Source: Chiloscyllium plagiosum (lineage: Eukaryota). Taken from it: a stretch of 26,339 nt of DNA. A program made the translations under genes and the position numbers. The notes under the pieces were generated by a model. It saw only the letters and a program-made list of their open reading frames with translations, searched no databases and was not told the DNA's origin. Positions 22,272 through 26,339 of this stretch are shown one piece after another (position 1 is the stretch's first letter; each line of letters begins with the position of its first letter). The stretch is from assembly GCF_004010195.1 (NCBI RefSeq), contig NC_057720.1:24982500-25008838 (forward strand), read 5' to 3'.

Positions 22272-22333
22272 GCGCTTTTCCAGCAACACATTTTTAAGCT
22301 CTGATCTCCAGCATCTGCAGTCCTCACTTTCTC
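22272..22333 (+). mobile_element. Minimal Penelope-like insertion (copy 5) with 7-bp TSD
   Basis: CACATAT at 22265-22271 and 22334-22340 flank gcgcttttccagcaacacatttttaagctctgatctccagcatctgcagtcctcactttctc. Confidence 0.75.
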
Positions 22334-22480
22334 CACATATTAGGTCAGTCAATTTACATTACTGTGCTTACTCTCAAAAGTCAGATCTAAAAATTTAAAA
22401 TTTGGCACTCTGCAAGATTTGATCATATGCAAATTGATAGTAACCTTCTGGTTAAGATATAAAAATGGAAGTGATTAATT

Positions 22481-22486
22481 TTTAAT
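22481..22486 (-). promoter_or_regulatory. Candidate MED8 polyadenylation signal (ATTAAA)
   Basis: TTTAAT on + equals ATTAAA on -, about 370 nt after the MED8 stop. U-rich sequence follows on the - strand and repeats begin shortly beyond. Confidence 0.3.
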
Positions 22487-22857
22487 TATACAGTTTACCT
22501 ACCTCAAGGACACCACTAGGAACAGATTTAGTGATTACCGGAACGTCCCTTGTATGAACCTTGTTTGAGGTTCAGGAGCATTAGGCAAATATTTGTTTTA
22601 CATGCAAGATCAGTGAATCACCTCCACTGAAGTGTATAATTTAACCAAGTTTAGAAAATAAAACCTAAGTACAGTAGATTCTATTTGCACACAGGCTTCT
22701 TGACCAGCCAACAAAAATGTCAATTTATGACAAGATCCCTTTCAAAACTGATTCTTTACTTGGTGGAGTAACTCTCATTCCATGTGATCTCAATTTTCTT
22801 GTTGAGATCTTCAGAGACTCCATTGTAATTGTTTGACAGCCTTAGTTGGGTTATATT

Positions 22858-22922
22858 TCATCTCTGATACGGATGCATTGATGCAGACTTGATGTTGGTT
22901 TTTATGGTACTTGGCATCTTAC
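22858..22922 (-). CDS. MED8: MED8 (Mediator subunit 8) terminal coding exon: (G)[20 protein letters not shown]
   Basis: The reverse complement reads atttctgtctctgtAG|GT AAG ATG CCA AGT ACC ATA AAA ACC AAC ATC AAG TCT GCA TCA ATG CAT CCG TAT CAG AGA TGA. This differs at one residue from the vertebrate MED8 C-terminus I recall ([21 protein letters not shown]). MED8 is a known neighbour of ELOVL1. No upstream MED8 exon was recognised in the window. Confidence 0.93.
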
Positions 22923-23854
22923 CTACAGAGACAGAAATATGAAGTTTAAGTACATTTAATTACTGGATTACATTTAAATCCAGCATTTCTGGTAACTGAT
23001 CTAAATCCAGCATTTTCTGTAATCACAGGCCTTGGTTTTTATTTATTTGTTTTAATGTATTTTTATGTTATCTTTAACAGTCACAATTACAAAAATTCCA
23101 GACTGAATTCTACACAATAAGAACAGAAAATATGAAAACAAACCCATTGCAATTGTTAAGTATATCTTTCCTCTACTCACAATGTCCCTCAAAATCACTC
23201 GCACTATTTGCTTCATTGATTTGTTTAGTACTCAGACTGGAGTTCATGCAACCCCCACCCACTGACATGTCGGAGGCAGGGGCCCTGAAAAATTGCGGCA
23301 CTATGCCTATACGAGGCAGCTTGGGAATTTTAACCACAGCAGTAGTAGATCTGGGCAGCTTGCCCACAAATGGTGCTTCAAGTAGGCAAAGAATTTCCAA
23401 TTAAGGGCCTCGTCCAATGGCCACCAGGATTTAATTGGTAGCAGGAGATGCCCATCAATGCTCAAATATACAAGAGAGATCAGTGAATCACACTTGAAAT
23501 CTTCAAGGTGCCTGAAAACATTCACTCACAAGCAACCAACCTGAGAAAAGTCTCCCCATAACTAGAATGAAAGGAAATAGACGTGCTGTACCTCCAATCA
23601 AACACTGGCACTGACTCCTATTTGGTCCTGATAGGCTCGCGAGTGAAACCGTCAGTACCAAATATGGAAGAGAAGTAACTGTGATTGGAGCAGCAGAGCA
23701 CAGTTAACTAAGTCATAGCAGTGAGGGAGTCTCTGGGAGAGCATCTACTGAGAACTAGTAGTTGAGGATAATTGAGCTGGTTGCTGTTTAATCTGGGGCT
23801 GTCAGGGCAGTTGGGATGGAATGGTGAGACTGAAAGAGGTGTGTATGTCATTAT

Positions 23855-24968
23855 GGTGCCACAAGACTGGAGGATGGCTAATATGGTCCCATCTTTCAAG
23901 ATGACTGTCATGAATAAACCAGGGAATTACAGACAAGTGAGTTCAACTACTGGAGAAAGTTCAGGGCTAATCAGCACAGCTTTGTCAGAGGGAGGTCATG
24001 CCTAGCAAATTTAATTGAATTCTTTGAGGTGGTGATCAGGTATGTAGGTGAAGGTGGCACAGTTGATGTAAATTTATCCAGATTTCAGCGAAGACTTTGA
24101 TAAGGTCCCACGTGGAAGACTGAGAAAGAAGGTAAAAGCACATGGCATCCAGGGTAACTTGGCTAGGTGGATCTAAGATTAGCTTAGTGGTAGGAGACAG
24201 ATGGTGATAGTAGAAGGCTGTTTGTGTATCTGGAGGCAATTGTCCAGTGGCCTACCATAGGGATCAGTGCTGGGTTGTTTGTTTTTCACGATTATACATG
24301 AACAATGCAGATGAGAATCTGGATAAGTAAGTTTGCAGATGACACAAAGATTGGCTGTATGGTTAATATTGAGGAAGAAGGTCTTAGGTTACAGGAAGAT
24401 ATAGACAGATTGGTCAAATGATCAGTGACTGACAGGACATAACATTGAAGTGTGAGGTGATTCACTTTTGAAGAAGTAACAAAACAATAGAGTACTCATT
24501 GAATGGATGAACACTACTGGGAATGTCACAGATACCAGGGTATCTTGCGGTTCCTGTCCACAGATCCCTCAAGGTGGTAGGACAGGTTAATAGGCTGATT
24601 AAGGTGGTATACTTGAGCCTTGTCTTTATCAGTCATGGCATAAATTATAAGAGCAGGGAGATGAAGTTGCAGCTGTACAAAACTTTGGTTAGGACATAGC
24701 TAGAGTATTGTGTGCAGTTCTGGTCCTCGCTATAGGAAGGATATGATTACACTGGAGAGGGTGCAAAGAAGATTCACCAGGATATTCCCCAAGATTGAGC
24801 TATTAAGAGAGGGTGGATAAGCTGAGGGGGCACATGATTGAGGTGCATAAGATTGAGGGGCATGGACTCAATACTCTTAAGGTTGTGGGCCAAATGCTGG
24901 AAAGTAGGATTAATGTAGAAAGGTTAAGGCTGACTCGATGGGTCTCTTCTGTGCTGAAGAACTCTAAT
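23855..24968 (+). mobile_element. CR1 LINE ORF2 RT-to-3' fragment in a MED8 intron
   Basis: PQDWRMANMVPSFK..NKPGNYRQVS, gatttcagcgaagactttgataaggtccca (DF.KAFDKVP), agtggcctaccatagggatcagtgctggg (SGVPQGSVLG), aagtttgcagatgacacaaag (KFADDTK), LEYCVQFWS. Confidence 0.85.
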
Positions 24969-25439
24969 AAATAGGTTACTGAAAATGAAAATGTAGCTCT
25001 CAAAAAGCTCGAAAAAAGCACAGTCAGCCAGACTTCACATTTATTGGTTGGGCATGAGGAGTGGGGCTTGGCATCAAAGGAGGATCTTTACTGCTGGACT
25101 GAATGCATGCTTCCTATTGACCTCACTGGAGTACTGACAGTAACTCGGGGTATTGCTGGTAATGCAGAGTGGTTAGCCTCTGACCGAAATCCCAATTCAT
25201 TTTTGTTAATTGGCAAGCACGCCTACAATGATAGCTGGGCAGCAACTATTTTGCCAGGTGGACTCTCCAACCCCATACTATCAAGTGTACTCTCTTCAGT
25301 GTGGAAATATTCACATAGCTTCCGTCCTTGTAAAGATCAAACTGTTAAACCATCTTTCTTACTTTAACCTTCTGTCTGGATCATCATTGTTCATCTCATT
25401 CAATATCTTAAATTTTTATCATGTTACCTGAAGGGGATG

Positions 25440-25815
25440 TTACATGTATATAGTTTGTTTCATAACTTTAGGATGTTCTAAAGCCAATTAAGTATGTCCT
25501 CAAGCATATTCGCTGTTTTCATTGCAAGAGAATGCATCAGCCGAATTTCAGATAGAATGTTCTCTCAAACAGTAATAAGAAGCAGAACCAGACAGTCTGC
25601 TTTAGTGATTCTGATTGAGGAATAAATAGTTAACGAGTACTTTGGATTTTTTACAATTACCCGAAGGCAGACAAGGTATTAATTTAATGTCTTGTCTAAA
25701 AGATGGCATCTCTTGTGTAGTAATCCCTCAAGTCCAGCACTGAAGTGTCAGTCAGGATATTGCACTCAAGTTTCTAGACTAGGGCTTGAACTCATGATCT
25801 TTTGACTCAGCAAGT
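25440..25815 (-). mobile_element. Degenerate DeuSINE (SacSINE1-like)
   Basis: ggcagacaagg...tttaatgtcttgtctaaaagatggcatc resembles the reverse of the Deu-domain core (GGTGCCGTCTTTCGGATGAGACGTTAAACCGAGG as I recall it). A tRNA-like head with B-box remnant (gggcttgaactc) lies at the right end. Confidence 0.65.
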
Positions 25816-26049
25816 CATCTCGCTCTGTGAAGGCTGATACTTATGATAAGGCATTACAGAAATGTCATTACTTTTGCTGTGCTTCACCCGGTGTTTAACC
25901 AGTAGAGTCTACAAGATTGATTTCAAAGGAAAGTCTTTTGGAACAATGTGAAAATTACTCTCAACTTCCAGAACTGCATCATATGTTAAACATAGAAAGC
26001 ATCATTCAAATGTGCAAACATTTTTTTATAAAAGGTTACTTTCAGAGGG

Positions 26050-26339
26050 ATGGCAGTGAAGGCAGTGCAATGTTCCTCTTGCAACATGTTTGAGGTGAGG
26101 GATGCCATGGACGTCCCTGCTGATAACACTTGCAGGAAGTGCACCCATCTCCAGCTCCTCCAAGACCGCATTAGGGAACTGGAGCTGGAGTTGGATGAAC
26201 CTAGGATCATTCGGGAGGCAGAGGGGGTCATAGATCAGAGCTTTAGGGAAGTAGTAACTCCAAAGATGGCAGATAGATGGGTGACAGTGAGGGGCACTGG
26301 GAGGAAGCAGCCAGTGCAGGGAACCCCTGCGGCCGTTCC
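26050..26339 (+). mobile_element. CR1 LINE ORF1 N-terminus (zinc finger/leucine zipper), open to the window edge
   Basis: ATG at 26050 gives MAVKAVQCSSCNMFEVRDAMDVPADNTCRKCTHLQLLQDRIRELELELDEPRIIREAEGVIDQSFREVVTPKMADRWVTVRGTGRKQPVQGTPAAV. It shows C-x2-C-x16-C-x2-C, a heptad leucine repeat and a WVTV motif; 96 codons without a stop. Confidence 0.85.

Noticed and set aside
5114..22333. Recurrent palindromic repeats as a CRISPR array or other prokaryotic system
   Set aside because: The copies are dispersed kilobases apart with individual TSDs and no repeat-spacer periodicity; the context is a spliced vertebrate locus.
22858..22922. MED8 fragment as a processed pseudogene
   Set aside because: It begins exactly at a canonical acceptor with a pyrimidine tract, has an intact frame and stop, and has no poly(A) tail.
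22975..23015. Tandem TAAATCCAGCATTT duplication near the MED8 acceptor
   Set aside because: Ordinary short slippage duplication with no evidence of function.
23230..23460. GC-richer segment with overlapping ORFs on both strands
   Set aside because: It looks like a decayed interspersed repeat, but I cannot assign a family or find coding evidence, so it is not called.
25088..25222. - strand 44-codon frame ending GSMHSVQQ*, faintly like the MED8 end ASMHPYQR*
   Set aside because: The similarity is three or four residues, the acceptor lacks a pyrimidine tract, and the phase (0) does not match the MED8 phase-1 junction.
25044..25367. 107-aa + strand ORF in unique sequence
   Set aside because: Non-ATG start, no recognisable homology, no convincing splice sites.
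604..26231. Most ORFs in the supplied track
   Set aside because: They are short, lack recognisable domains, and mostly overlap decayed repeats or the antisense or alternative frames of real exons. ORFs 5803, 6722 and 8383 are real only within their splice boundaries.

Overview
Vertebrate genomic DNA, most likely from a cartilaginous fish (shark). This is inferred from an HE1-type V-SINE, a DeuSINE, and abundant CR1 and L2 LINE debris. The + strand carries the last five coding exons of ELOVL1 (1707-1787, 5839-5895, 6770-6875, 8420-8556, 9651-9932; 220 aa spliced, N-terminal exons lie upstream of the window). The - strand carries the terminal coding exon of MED8 (22858-22922, [21 protein letters not shown]), which the ORF track misses. 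The two genes are convergent here, unlike the tandem arrangement I recall for human. Much of the rest is transposon-derived: nested CR1 fragments, an APE/RT LINE, a pogo/Tigger-like MITE, and an open CR1 ORF1 running off the right edge. The most unusual signal is a family of short insertions, several of them fold-back, with 7-20 bp target-site duplications. They carry remnants of a minimal hammerhead ribozyme of the kind known from Penelope-like retroelements. A CpG-retaining double hairpin in unique sequence at about 18.8 kb is unexplained. Nearly all other ORFs in the track look spurious. Repeat boundaries are approximate and were read by eye.
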